64,000 nucleotides of DNA from an uncultured Candidatus Saccharibacteria bacterium (GCA_964501135.1 CAZCRI010000001.1:128393-192392); one strand, 5' to 3'. Counted from the first letter of the stretch, positions 49,168-58,467 are shown. The notes: generated from the sequence alone by a model not told the origin. Made by a program: numbers and translations.

Positions 49168-49225
49168 TAAAAAAAGCCTCATGCGAGGTATTTTTATTGG
49201 CTTATTAGAGCCATAATACAGGCAT

Positions 49226-49621
49226 TGGTGGAGCTGGTGGGTACTGCCCCCACGTCCGAAAGCGAAGCCGAAATAATTTGTAACAATCATACTCGGGACT
49301 GGTAGTTTTGGTGCTGATGGTCAAGTCTCGAGAAAATCCATCGGCCTTATCCTCTAGAGTTTCAGGTTAGCTTAGAGAAGTCACTAGCCCTACCCCTGAC
49401 ATATATGGCACTCAGTAGCGAACGATTCAGGTCTCACTCACAAGAGCGGTTACTGCGTATTAGGCAGCAACTGGCGCAAAGCTGTTTACGCTGAAAGCGC
49501 TAGCAACCTTACTAACAAAGTTTTTTGCAACTATGTCTGATCTGCTGAATAACGCGGACAGACCACCGCGGATTGTATCATTTCGATTTCAAGATACCTT
49601 CGTCGAAGCTAATTCAGCCCC
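49226..49621 (-). ncRNA. ssrA: tmRNA (SsrA), standard one-piece
   Basis: minus strand 5' GGGGCUGAAUUAGCUUCGACGAAGG..., 3' ...GUGGGGGCAGUACCCACCAGCUCCACCA; acceptor pairing with G3-U70; resume GCA after AUAGUU; predicted tag (A)KNFVSKVASAFSVNSFAPVAA ending UAA; smpB 3.6 kb away. Confidence 0.8.
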
Positions 49622-49794
49622 CCCGTCGTCGAAATCTGCTGTCAGATTACAACAAATTGTTATCACAATTGTCTTCATCTTATTGCAGTTTCTCCTCTCC
49701 CCTTAAATCCTTCGGATTTCGGGGACCCCATTCCGGGGCTCGGCATATTGTAACATGCCTTATAAATATAACACAATAGTGCGTAAAAGTCAAG

Positions 49795-50817
49795 TTATTT
49801 GCCGGAGTTGAAGGACTTCAGTCTTTGTAAGTAAAAGAAGCCCAGCCCGAGCGGAGCCCAGAAGTTTAGCCCGCGAAAGACTATAGCAATCGCAGTTGCA
49901 GATATGAGCGGGACGCCAAAAGAGGTGAAGATAAGCACTATCACGGCCTCGACCGCGCCGACACCTTCAGGCTGGGGTGAAATAACCCTGACTACTTCTG
50001 CGAAAACATAACCAGCAATTAGGGCACCATAATGTATGCGAATGTCAAAAGCAAAGAATATAACGTATAAAGATAAGGCATTAATTACATGTGCCAAGAG
50101 TGCTAAACATAGCGTTTCGGCAAGTCTACGTTTGTGTACGCTGATTATTTTCGCAGCAGTACTAAGTTCGTCCGAGATAGCCAGTGGCCAGGTAGCGGCT
50201 AGACGTTTCTTGAATCGAAATATTTTGGACACCCTGTTGAAAAGTGACCTTATCCAAATCAAAAAACAGACTACGGCCTTCGGTCTTTTATTTGCGTAAA
50301 AAAGTAACAGAGGTGGGATGATTGTCGGTAATGTAAAGATTAGAGCTCCGGTGATTTCGAAGTCGTTTAAGAGGTGATTTCTTTGAAGGAAGATAACCGC
50401 GAATATTAACAGTAGAAAGAAAGAGGCATAGCTGGAGACAATGCTGATTAGGTAGCCCACCACGGCTTTTGTAGAAGATTCCTTTCTTTTTGCGGCATCG
50501 TCAGCAAAGAGTATGGTACCAGAGTTGCCGGCTGTCGGGGCCAACACATTGACAAATAGAGCACCAAGAACGAGAGGGTACAAGTCTTTTACGTTGCGTT
50601 TGATGTCGACCACCAAGAAAGAATGGCGAGTCATGATTGTATAGATATAAAAGTACAATAACTGCGTTGTTAGAGCCACAAGTAGCCATCGCCAGCTGCC
50701 TTGTGATAGGGCATCTACGATAGCGTATAGCTCTTTTGAATGTGTAAAAATGTAGAAACCAAAAATTACACAAAGCAGGACGAAAACGGTTCTTCTGTTA
50801 AATAGTAGTTTCTTCAT
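49795..50817 (-). CDS. flippase-like/lysylphosphatidylglycerol-synthase-TM-family integral membrane protein
   Basis: 8 TM helices, typical partner of GT2 gene immediately downstream. Confidence 0.55.
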   Translation of the reverse strand: MKKLLFNRRTVFVLLCVIFGFYIFTHSKELYAIVDALSQGSWRWLLVALTTQLLYFYIYTIMTRHSFLVVDIKRNVKDLYPLVLGALFVNVLAPTAGNSGTILFADDAAKRKESSTKAVVGYLISIVSSYASFFLLLIFAVIFLQRNHLLNDFEITGALIFTLPTIIPPLLLFYANKRPKAVVCFLIWIRSLFNRVSKIFRFKKRLAATWPLAISDELSTAAKIISVHKRRLAETLCLALLAHVINALSLYVIFFAFDIRIHYGALIAGYVFAEVVRVISPQPEGVGAVEAVIVLIFTSFGVPLISATAIAIVFRGLNFWAPLGLGFFYLQRLKSFNSGK

Positions 50818-51526
50818 AGCTGAACCTACTGAGATGACGACGGTATCGAGAGTTAAGAATAACCATATTCACAAATTGTAGGCCAGTGAGGTAGAAGGGA
50901 AATGCACGAAAAATGTTGTAAACCATCTTGTAGTCCGCCACCACTCCCTGCCAGTAGGACATTTTTTCACTCTTTGGGGTAGCGTAGAGATTTGGCAGCT
51001 CTACACTGACAAAGGTTTTACCCCGCTTTAGGAGTGAGTCGTTCATAAGAACTTCTAGACCATAGCCTATTTTGGGTTTGCACCAGATTTCTCGGTCGCG
51101 TAGCAGTTCTTTGCGGATAGCACGCTCTCCACTTACAAAGTCCATTTGAAAAATCTTATAAATTAGCGAGGAGTTTCCTCTGATACTAAGAGTCCAGTCT
51201 ACCTTATTGGTAAGTACTGGGGTCACTAGGTCAGTAATATTCTGTTCGGAAAGTCCCTTCAGGTCTGCATCTAGCAGTAATACTGTATCGTATTTTGCGA
51301 ACCCGATACCGCTTCGAATCGCCAGGGTCTTTCCTTGAGAATCTGCTTTCGTATGTACCTTCGCATGAAAAGATTCTGCTATTTGGGCGGTGTTGTCGGT
51401 GCACCCATCTGCAATAACAATAATCTCACCCACGAGTGGGTGGGTGCTTACTATCTTTAGAACCCTCGCAATACGAGGGGCTTCATCGCGAGCGGCAATA
51501 ATTACACTGACTTTATTGTGATGCAT
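50798..51526 (-). CDS. glycosyltransferase family 2 (dolichyl-phosphate-sugar-transferase-like)
   Basis: VSVIIAARDEAPRI...DADL DxD motif. Confidence 0.8.
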   Translation of the reverse strand: MHHNKVSVIIAARDEAPRIARVLKIVSTHPLVGEIIVIADGCTDNTAQIAESFHAKVHTKADSQGKTLAIRSGIGFAKYDTVLLLDADLKGLSEQNITDLVTPVLTNKVDWTLSIRGNSSLIYKIFQMDFVSGERAIRKELLRDREIWCKPKIGYGLEVLMNDSLLKRGKTFVSVELPNLYATPKSEKMSYWQGVVADYKMVYNIFRAFPFYLTGLQFVNMVILNSRYRRHLSRFSYEETTI

Positions 51527-51620
51527 TATAAATAGTATTATAGCGGAAAATGATAGAGATTGTTACTATTTTGCCAATACACTCAGTTAATTTTCAGAAT
51601 TACTGTATAATGATTACAAG

Positions 51621-52922
51621 ATGAAAATAGCATACCTGACCGACACATATCAGCCAGAGATAAATGGGATTGTAACTAGCATTACAAATTTCACCACTAA
51701 CCTCGCCGAAGCGGGGCACGAGATCCTGATTATCGCTCCAAAGTATAATCGTAAAAAAGATAAGCCTATCCCAAACATTACTATCAAGCGCTATCCCTCT
51801 TTTTCGTTTGCAACCAATAAGGACACCCATATTGCATATCCAGCACTGCTTGGGATTATTCGCGATCTTCGGGAGTTCAAGGCGGACATTGTTCACGTAC
51901 AAACCCCGATGAGTATTGGTGTTTCGGGGGTGATAGCAGCAAAAATTCTAGGAATCAGGTTGGTTCAGACCTATCACACCTATCTACCCGATTTTATGGT
52001 CTATGTAAGTCCTTATAATTTGCTTGGCGTAGGTAAAGCGTCCGAGAGAATCACTAGTTCTAGGGTTTGGAAAAAAATTATTGAATCTAACCTGGTTGAC
52101 AGATTCTCCGCCTTTGGTGGCAGTACGTTGAAGCGATCAGAGGTGGTACGGGCAATCAACAAACAGCTGCGTAGAACCCAGCGCTATACTGGCAGTAAGG
52201 CTATCTCAGATCGATTTGCTTGGGACTTTACTCGTATTTTGTATGGAAGGTCGGACATTGTTTTTTCACCGTCAGTGGCTCTAGCGAAACTTCTTACGCG
52301 GCACAAAGTAGGTGTCCCAAGCATCGATATGAGTAACGGGATAGAGTTTCATCACTTTTCAAAGAAAAAAGATTATCGTATTCGCAATAAGATGATTTAT
52401 GTAGGGCGTCTAGGATTAGAAAAAGGGGTTGATGTTGTCGTGAAGGCTTTTGCAATCGCCAGAGAGCAGAATCCGGCACTTCGGCTCGATATATTTGGAG
52501 AGGGTCCAGCCAAAAAGGAGCTGGAGACCCTTATTGCAAAGCTGGGACTTGGCGAAAGTGTTGGATTTGTTGGATTCGTAACTAGGGCTACTATCAAGCG
52601 TGCACTCAAACAACACGACTTTTTTGTTACCGCGAGCCCAATGGAAACCCAAGGCTTGGTGATATTAGAGGCGATGGCAGCGGGGCTGCCGGTAATAGGG
52701 GTAGATGCACTTGCTGTCCCGGAGCTTGTTCATAATGAAAAGAATGGCTATCTGGTAAAGTCCGGGAATCCAAAGGAAATGGCGGAGGCAATGTTGAAGC
52801 TTTCCGAAAGTGCAGCGAGAAATAAAAAATTCGGACAAAAGTCTCTAGAATATGCCGAAGTTCATAATATTCCGAATTGTGTTGCAAAGCTCGAAGCAGC
52901 TTACAAAGATTTGCTCTCTTAG
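51621..52922 (+). CDS. glycosyltransferase family 4 (GT-B, group 1)
   Basis: N-terminal GT4 domain KIAYLTDTYQPEINGI; C-terminal E..E motif ETQGLVILEAMAAGLPVI. Confidence 0.8.
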   Translation: MKIAYLTDTYQPEINGIVTSITNFTTNLAEAGHEILIIAPKYNRKKDKPIPNITIKRYPSFSFATNKDTHIAYPALLGIIRDLREFKADIVHVQTPMSIGVSGVIAAKILGIRLVQTYHTYLPDFMVYVSPYNLLGVGKASERITSSRVWKKIIESNLVDRFSAFGGSTLKRSEVVRAINKQLRRTQRYTGSKAISDRFAWDFTRILYGRSDIVFSPSVALAKLLTRHKVGVPSIDMSNGIEFHHFSKKKDYRIRNKMIYVGRLGLEKGVDVVVKAFAIAREQNPALRLDIFGEGPAKKELETLIAKLGLGESVGFVGFVTRATIKRALKQHDFFVTASPMETQGLVILEAMAAGLPVIGVDALAVPELVHNEKNGYLVKSGNPKEMAEAMLKLSESAARNKKFGQKSLEYAEVHNIPNCVAKLEAAYKDLLS

Positions 52923-53015
52923 CTCCACTGTCATCCCTGGTCGCAAGCCAGGGACCCAGGTCTAATTCTCTTGTCATTCCGACCGCAGCGGAGGAATCTC
53001 TTCGCACCTCCATAT

Positions 53016-53197
53016 ATTTACCGCTTTTGGCAGCAAAAGCGGTGCAAAACTGCCGACTCCTTGCAAAATCGCTAGTGTCACTCCTCCCTCACTCTTTCTT
53101 AAAAGACAAAACTCTCCCGACGGTAGCGTCGGACTCAAACATTGCCATTTTAAGATAATCGCTTAGTCCGTCGTTCGCTGTATTTTGCAGGTCGCGG
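53016..53197. repeat. copy B of about 180-bp structured intergenic repeat (partner at 15004-15182)
   Basis: see copy A; second hairpin here CCGACG-GTAG-CGTCGG. Confidence 0.7.
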
Positions 53198-53212
53198 TAG
53201 GGGAAATACCGA

Positions 53213-53671
53213 TTAGTGAACACTATCTTTCAGCTCTCGTCTGGTTTCGATATCTAGTTCTCTGTTCTTAATAACATTACGCTTATCATGCTGCTTTTTG
53301 CCACGCGCAAGAGCAATCTCGACCTTGATAAGACCATGTGAGAAATATATTTTCACTGGAACTATGGTGTAGCCTGCGGTTTGTACTTTACCGATGAGCT
53401 CAGAAATTTCTGATTTTTTTAGTAGTAATCGACGTGCTCTGGTGGGTTCCGCATTATTACCTGCCGCTGGCTTGTAAGGTGAAACGTGAGCGTTATTGAG
53501 CCAGATTTGGCTATCTTTGACACTGGCAAATGATTCTTTGAGCGAAATGTGGCCATCACGAATACTCTTCACCTCGGGGCCGATGAGTTCGATGCCGGCC
53601 TCAAAAACTTCCAAAATTTCGTAGTCGAAGTGGGCTTTTTTATTCGTAGCAATGACTTTTATGTTTTGCAT
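53213..53671 (-). CDS. smpB: SsrA-binding protein
   Basis: FDYEILEVFEAGIELIGPEVKSIR...LLLKK... Confidence 0.9.
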   Translation of the reverse strand: MQNIKVIATNKKAHFDYEILEVFEAGIELIGPEVKSIRDGHISLKESFASVKDSQIWLNNAHVSPYKPAAGNNAEPTRARRLLLKKSEISELIGKVQTAGYTIVPVKIYFSHGLIKVEIALARGKKQHDKRNVIKNRELDIETRRELKDSVH

Positions 53672-53722
53672 GGTACGGCCATTATACTATGATTGACGCT
53701 TAATTTCGAGTATAATGGCCGT

Positions 53723-55357
53723 ATGATAACCGATAAAATTACTGAAGCAATATTGTATTCACTACAGCAAGTCTTCCAGCTCCACCTTAAGAGTAGCGAT
53801 ATCGAAGTGGCTCAGGCTTCAAGTAGGGAACACGGAGACTATGCCACCAATGTCGCATTTCGCTTGGCGAAAGAGCTTCACAAGAGTCCGAAGGAAATTG
53901 CAGAGCAGCTGGCGGAGTCACTTGCTAAAAGTGGTGGCTTTAAGGATGTGGTCGCGGTAAACGGCTTCGTTAATTTTTATCTTGATCATGAGTACTTTCA
54001 GGGAGTAGTGTCTCAGATTATAAAGGAAGGTAGCCATTTTGGAGATTTAGACCTACTTAAGGGAAATAAGATTCAGGTTGAGTTTATCTCGGCAAATCCT
54101 ACGGGGCCCTTAACTCTTGCTAACGGCCGAGGCGGCTTTGGTGGCGATGTACTGGCAAATGTTTTTTCAAAGGTGGGAGCCACGGTTGAACGTGAATATT
54201 ATGTCAATGATGGTGGTAATCAAGTAAAACTACTGGGTGACTCTATTCGAGCAGCAGCTGGGTTAGCTGAAGTTTCTGATGATTTATATAAGGGCCCCTA
54301 TATCGAAGAGTGGGCAAAGGCAAATCCAGAACAGATTGCAAAAACAACGGATAGCTTTGAGCTTGGCTCGATTGCTGCAGGTGAACTCTTGGAGCAAAAG
54401 ATTAAACCTTCGGTTTCTAGGATGGGCATCAATTTTGATCAGTGGTTTTCAGAGCGGGAAATGATTGAACGTGGTGAGGTTGAAGAAGGAATTGAAAACC
54501 TTAAGAAGTACGATCATACCTATGAGAAAGACGGGGCTTTGTGGCTCAAGACTAGTGAAAAAAGTGATGACAAGGACCGCGTGCTGGTAAAAGCCGACGG
54601 CGAGAAAACCTATTTTGCCAATGATATAGCCTATCATTTTGACAAGTTTTATAAGCGCAAGTTTGACTTGGTAGTTAATTTTTGGGGCGCTGATCATCAC
54701 GGTTATGTTGGGCGGATGATGGCCGCCGTAGCGCTGACAGTTGGTTCGGTTGGGACCCTCAAGATTGCAATTATGCAAATGGTTCGTCTTATTAAGGATG
54801 GACAAGAATACAAGATGTCGAAGCGTAAGGGAACCTATGTGACAATGGACAACCTGCTAGAACTCATTGGTGGTTCCGAAAAGGAAGCAGCTGACGTTGC
54901 TCGTTTCTTCTTTTTGATGCGCTCATTCAATACCCACATGGACTTCGACCTTGATCTTGCCAAGGAGCGTTCCGATAAAAACCCGGTTTTCTACGTAAAA
55001 TATGCTTACGCTAGACTCTCTGGTATCTTGCGTAATGCCGAAGTTATAAAGTTGCCGAAGCCAGACCTATCGTTGCTTACAGAGCCCCAGGAGACAGAAC
55101 TCATCGAACAGATGGCACAGTTACCTCAGGTAATCGCTAGCATTGTTACATTCGACGAGTATCCTGTTCATTTCCTGACATTTTATGCGATTGACCTTGC
55201 CAAGAAGTTCCACGTTTTTTACGATAAATGTAGAGTTATAGACGAAGATAATTTACCGCAAACAGCGGCTCGAATCGAGCTAGTAAGAGCTACACAGATT
55301 GTCCTTGGTATCGTGATGAGGGACCTTATCGGCATCGATGCTCCAGAAAAGATGTAG
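53723..55357 (+). CDS. argS: arginine--tRNA ligase
   Basis: class I motifs (SANPTGPLTLAN, MSKRKG), C-terminal DALR anticodon-binding domain; start either leaderless ATG 53723 (TATAAT 53712-53717) or TTG 53693. Confidence 0.85.
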   Translation: MITDKITEAILYSLQQVFQLHLKSSDIEVAQASSREHGDYATNVAFRLAKELHKSPKEIAEQLAESLAKSGGFKDVVAVNGFVNFYLDHEYFQGVVSQIIKEGSHFGDLDLLKGNKIQVEFISANPTGPLTLANGRGGFGGDVLANVFSKVGATVEREYYVNDGGNQVKLLGDSIRAAAGLAEVSDDLYKGPYIEEWAKANPEQIAKTTDSFELGSIAAGELLEQKIKPSVSRMGINFDQWFSEREMIERGEVEEGIENLKKYDHTYEKDGALWLKTSEKSDDKDRVLVKADGEKTYFANDIAYHFDKFYKRKFDLVVNFWGADHHGYVGRMMAAVALTVGSVGTLKIAIMQMVRLIKDGQEYKMSKRKGTYVTMDNLLELIGGSEKEAADVARFFFLMRSFNTHMDFDLDLAKERSDKNPVFYVKYAYARLSGILRNAEVIKLPKPDLSLLTEPQETELIEQMAQLPQVIASIVTFDEYPVHFLTFYAIDLAKKFHVFYDKCRVIDEDNLPQTAARIELVRATQIVLGIVMRDLIGIDAPEKM

Positions 55358-55472
55358 CAACAGAAAAATGGCTTCTCTAGAACTCAAAAAACATATTAAA
55401 AAACAGTGGCTATACTTTCTGCCACTGTTTATCTTTGTTTTGCTATCTTTAGTACTAGCTCTAGCGAGCTTG

Positions 55473-57746
55473 CTACTTACTAAACTTATATAGCGCGCCG
55501 TCGGCACAGACGTAAACTGTTTTTGCAGTGTCGTCGACTGAAACGCCGGTAATATTCTTCAAGTTCGAGCTTGTAAATTGGCCTAAATATTTTCCGTTTG
55601 AGTCAGCTTGAACAATTGCGCCGCCGTTTGTTAGATAAATACCAGTCGTATTTTCGTCTGCAAAATTATTATTAATGCCGCTGAGACTCAGTGGAAGATC
55701 ATTAATGCTGTAGCTTTGTTTTTTCCCACCCAGGTACTTTGTAGTTTCACCATTTGTTTTGGTGGCATAGACACTACTATCAATGGCAAGTGCGACTGTA
55801 TCTTTTACATTGCTACCATCTGTGATGTAGGCCACTCGTGCTGAGTAGCCGGTAGTGGTTTTGGTTCGTTTGTAAATCATGCCAGCAGCATCAACGGTGT
55901 AGATATTTGTCGAGAAAGAGGCCATGGCGGTAGGGACTTCCATGTCCCCAGCAATTGCTTGCTTGGTTAGGGTAACGTCTTTGACGTCGAATTCATAAAC
56001 TACACCTTTGTCGGTGTAGAGAACGACAGTGCTTCTGACGGTTACCGCGGTAGCAGCAACGATTTTGCCGTCAAGTTTTGGTTTATCAAGAACATTTGAG
56101 GCCTCGCCACCAAGATTTACTGCGGCGATACTGCCATTGTCTTTACTCACAACATAGGCATTTTTGCCAATTACAAACGGACCAAAGGTATTTTTGCCGG
56201 TAATGTTTGCGGTATCGGCCATCTTGGTTGCGGTTACTCTGGTGATAGCGAGAACTCCATCGAGGGCACTATTAATCTCTTTCTCCAGGGCAGTCACTTT
56301 ATCTTTCAGGGTGTTGTTTGATTCAAGTCCTTTGGTAATGCTGAGGGCACTGTTCAGGGTACTTGCCGATTGGCTGCGATTGCCACTGGCTGCCTCGTTT
56401 TTACCAATTGTTAGCTTGCTTTGGGCTTCAGTATAGCTTGCTTCGGCGAGTTTTTGATGTTCAGCATTTTCTCGTATCCTCCAGATAGCAAAAACGCTAA
56501 TCATGAGAACGAGTGCAAGTGCCGAAGCGGCGATTAGTAAGTTTCGTTTATTTCCTTTGTTCTTCTTCAGGTTATCGCTCAGCCTATCTTTTAGTTTTCC
56601 TGCATAACTGAAATCAATTTTCTCTAACTTTAACCATTTTGGTTTGTTGTGAGACTCTTTGATATGAATCACGTTTCCACTTGCCTTGGTGGTCTCCAGA
56701 AAACTATTGGCGTGTTCGTTGACAGTGATGTCGGAAAGATCGGTAGGTGCTTCACTAACCTCGATTACCTCTTTTGGTTTCTCGAGAACGGCTGGTTTTT
56801 CCCTTTTGGTTTTATTATTTTGTCCACCCTTGGTAATTAAGCCCGAGAGAGCGTCATAAGCGTCCAGAGTAGTATCGTGAATCCAGGGCCATGCACTAGC
56901 AATGATAAATCCGGTCAATGCCTTCCAGCCGCGTCTAGTGTAGTAGATGGCTTTCTGTGCAAAAGGAGCCGAGCGCTCAATCACGGTTTCCATTGGTTTG
57001 TTGGGCTCGGTAAGCCAGACTTCGTCATTAATTTCGGTAACAGTCTCTTCACTAGCGGCCTCGGGGGTAATGGCTTCGATAATCAGGATCGAGTTTGGCT
57101 GCATCTCGGTATTGTTTCCCTCGAGCAGGTCAGCCAGGTGACTAATGGCGATTTTTGGCTGGAATTCTTCGACATATTTTTGGAGCTCGTCCTTGGATAT
57201 ATGGAAGAAGACTCCTGGGGTTACAGCAACAATTTTGTCTCCCTCGAGTAGGTCACCAGAGGCAATATTGGTAAAAGTTCGGAGTGGATTAATGTTGTCA
57301 CCCGCTAGGTCGCGAGTAATGTGGCTAGATTTACCACCGCGGTAGAGGTAAGCCTCGGCCTTGCCTGTCTGAGTAATATGAATAGTCTCGCCAGTATGTA
57401 CGGCAAGAATTGCATTTAGGTTGTTTAGCCAGTGAATATTGCCGTTATGGGTAACATCGGCAAGTTCTTCGTTTACCCTGGCAAGGGCGGCTTCGAAGCT
57501 AGTGAGGGGATCCTTTTCGAGGTCTTGGTAATATTCACCAAAAAAAGCGTCAACAATGAGCTCAGCGACTTCTTCGGCACTAGCCGCGGGCGCATTTACA
57601 TTTACTAACGCATATATAGAACCATGATTACGTTCGTCGACATCGTTTGGATTGTGCTCATAGGCAATAGCTATGCCTTGATGCCGTCGGCTCCTCTTGG
57701 ATTCACTCAAAAGTTTCGCTGTGCGCGCAATTAATTTTTTATGCAT
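55473..57746 (-). CDS. large membrane protein: N-terminal cytoplasmic PP2C/SpoIIE-like (possibly degenerate) domain, one TM helix, C-terminal extracytoplasmic beta-rich domain
   Basis: LAVHTGETIHITQTGKAEAYLYRGGKSSHITRD resembles PP2C GDSRAY..R.G....T.DH motif; TM LLIAASALALVLMISVFAIW; ORF extends to 57815. Confidence 0.5.
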   Translation of the reverse strand: MHKKLIARTAKLLSESKRSRRHQGIAIAYEHNPNDVDERNHGSIYALVNVNAPAASAEEVAELIVDAFFGEYYQDLEKDPLTSFEAALARVNEELADVTHNGNIHWLNNLNAILAVHTGETIHITQTGKAEAYLYRGGKSSHITRDLAGDNINPLRTFTNIASGDLLEGDKIVAVTPGVFFHISKDELQKYVEEFQPKIAISHLADLLEGNNTEMQPNSILIIEAITPEAASEETVTEINDEVWLTEPNKPMETVIERSAPFAQKAIYYTRRGWKALTGFIIASAWPWIHDTTLDAYDALSGLITKGGQNNKTKREKPAVLEKPKEVIEVSEAPTDLSDITVNEHANSFLETTKASGNVIHIKESHNKPKWLKLEKIDFSYAGKLKDRLSDNLKKNKGNKRNLLIAASALALVLMISVFAIWRIRENAEHQKLAEASYTEAQSKLTIGKNEAASGNRSQSASTLNSALSITKGLESNNTLKDKVTALEKEINSALDGVLAITRVTATKMADTANITGKNTFGPFVIGKNAYVVSKDNGSIAAVNLGGEASNVLDKPKLDGKIVAATAVTVRSTVVLYTDKGVVYEFDVKDVTLTKQAIAGDMEVPTAMASFSTNIYTVDAAGMIYKRTKTTTGYSARVAYITDGSNVKDTVALAIDSSVYATKTNGETTKYLGGKKQSYSINDLPLSLSGINNNFADENTTGIYLTNGGAIVQADSNGKYLGQFTSSNLKNITGVSVDDTAKTVYVCADGALYKFSK

Positions 57747-57896
57747 TCCTAAGGCCTTAATACGTAAGAAACTATAACACTTTTGTGGGGTTATGACAAA
57801 TATTTGCGCCAGCAATTTATACTTGATAAAAACAACTTTCAGCGTATGATATTCTCAATGGTCCATTTGAATGCATTGCCCTAGAGAGGGGGAGTC

Positions 57897-58025
57897 ATGT
57901 TCGGGAACCAGTTTGACATCGCTGGTGTTCTCATTCTTGGGGCGCTGTTCCTTGGAGGCGTTGTTGTGGTCATGTCCATAGTCGGTGCTGCTGCTGCCAA
58001 AGGGCAGCGCAACATCCAGGAGTAG
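57897..58025 (+). CDS. small membrane protein (42 aa) in GC-rich insert
   Basis: GAGGGGGAG RBS; single TM helix; GC-rich codons. Confidence 0.45.
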   Translation: MFGNQFDIAGVLILGALFLGGVVVVMSIVGAAAAKGQRNIQE

Positions 58026-58028
58026 GGG

Positions 58029-58355
58029 GTGCGTGAGATGTTCATGACCGAACCCGCGGTACAGGTCGTCGCTGCGATCATGGTGGCAGGTGTTGCAGTG
58101 CTTTCTGCGGCGCTGGTTCTCGGCCAGGTGGAGGAAGGAATCGAACAGGCCGAGGCGTTCGATTTTCCGGAGGAGAATGGTTCTGTTGTCAGACAGGTGA
58201 ACTCCGCGCCGAACTCAGACGGCGAGATCACCGACCCTGCCGAATGGGAGCAGCTCCGGCGTACGGCCGCCATCAACGAGGCAATGGCCTCTGATGCGAT
58301 GGCAGCCGCCTTTGAGGGGGATATGCCTGGCATGCCGCCGGTTTCGCTCCACTAG
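58029..58355 (+). CDS. hypothetical protein with N-terminal TM helix in GC-rich insert (start GTG 58029 or ATG 58038)
   Basis: GGAG..GGGGG RBS; high GC3; followed by terminator. Confidence 0.5.
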   Translation: MREMFMTEPAVQVVAAIMVAGVAVLSAALVLGQVEEGIEQAEAFDFPEENGSVVRQVNSAPNSDGEITDPAEWEQLRRTAAINEAMASDAMAAAFEGDMPGMPPVSLH

Positions 58356-58384
58356 GAGTAGTCTACCTCAGGACGGGAGGTGCA

Positions 58385-58424
58385 GTCCGGGTTGTTGCTT
58401 TTTGCGGCACCCGGACTTTTGATT
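58385..58424 (+). terminator. rho-independent terminator ending the GC-rich two-gene insert
   Basis: GTCCGGG...CCCGGAC stem followed by TTTTGATTTG. Confidence 0.65.
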
Positions 58425-58467
58425 TGTCTACTGGAATCATTATTTTAGATAAAGTAGTATACAGAAG

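Noticed and set aside
49573-49779. 68-aa plus-strand ORF
   Set aside because: It overlaps the tmRNA 5' end and its promoter region.
52877-53158. 93-aa ORF across repeat copy B
   Set aside because: The frame is not preserved in copy A (a 2-nt indel), and the differences between copies are compensatory in hairpins. This is a structured noncoding element.
57881-58333. 150-aa minus-strand ORF in the GC-rich insert
   Set aside because: It is a typical antisense open frame of high-GC DNA. The plus-strand genes have RBSs and a terminator.
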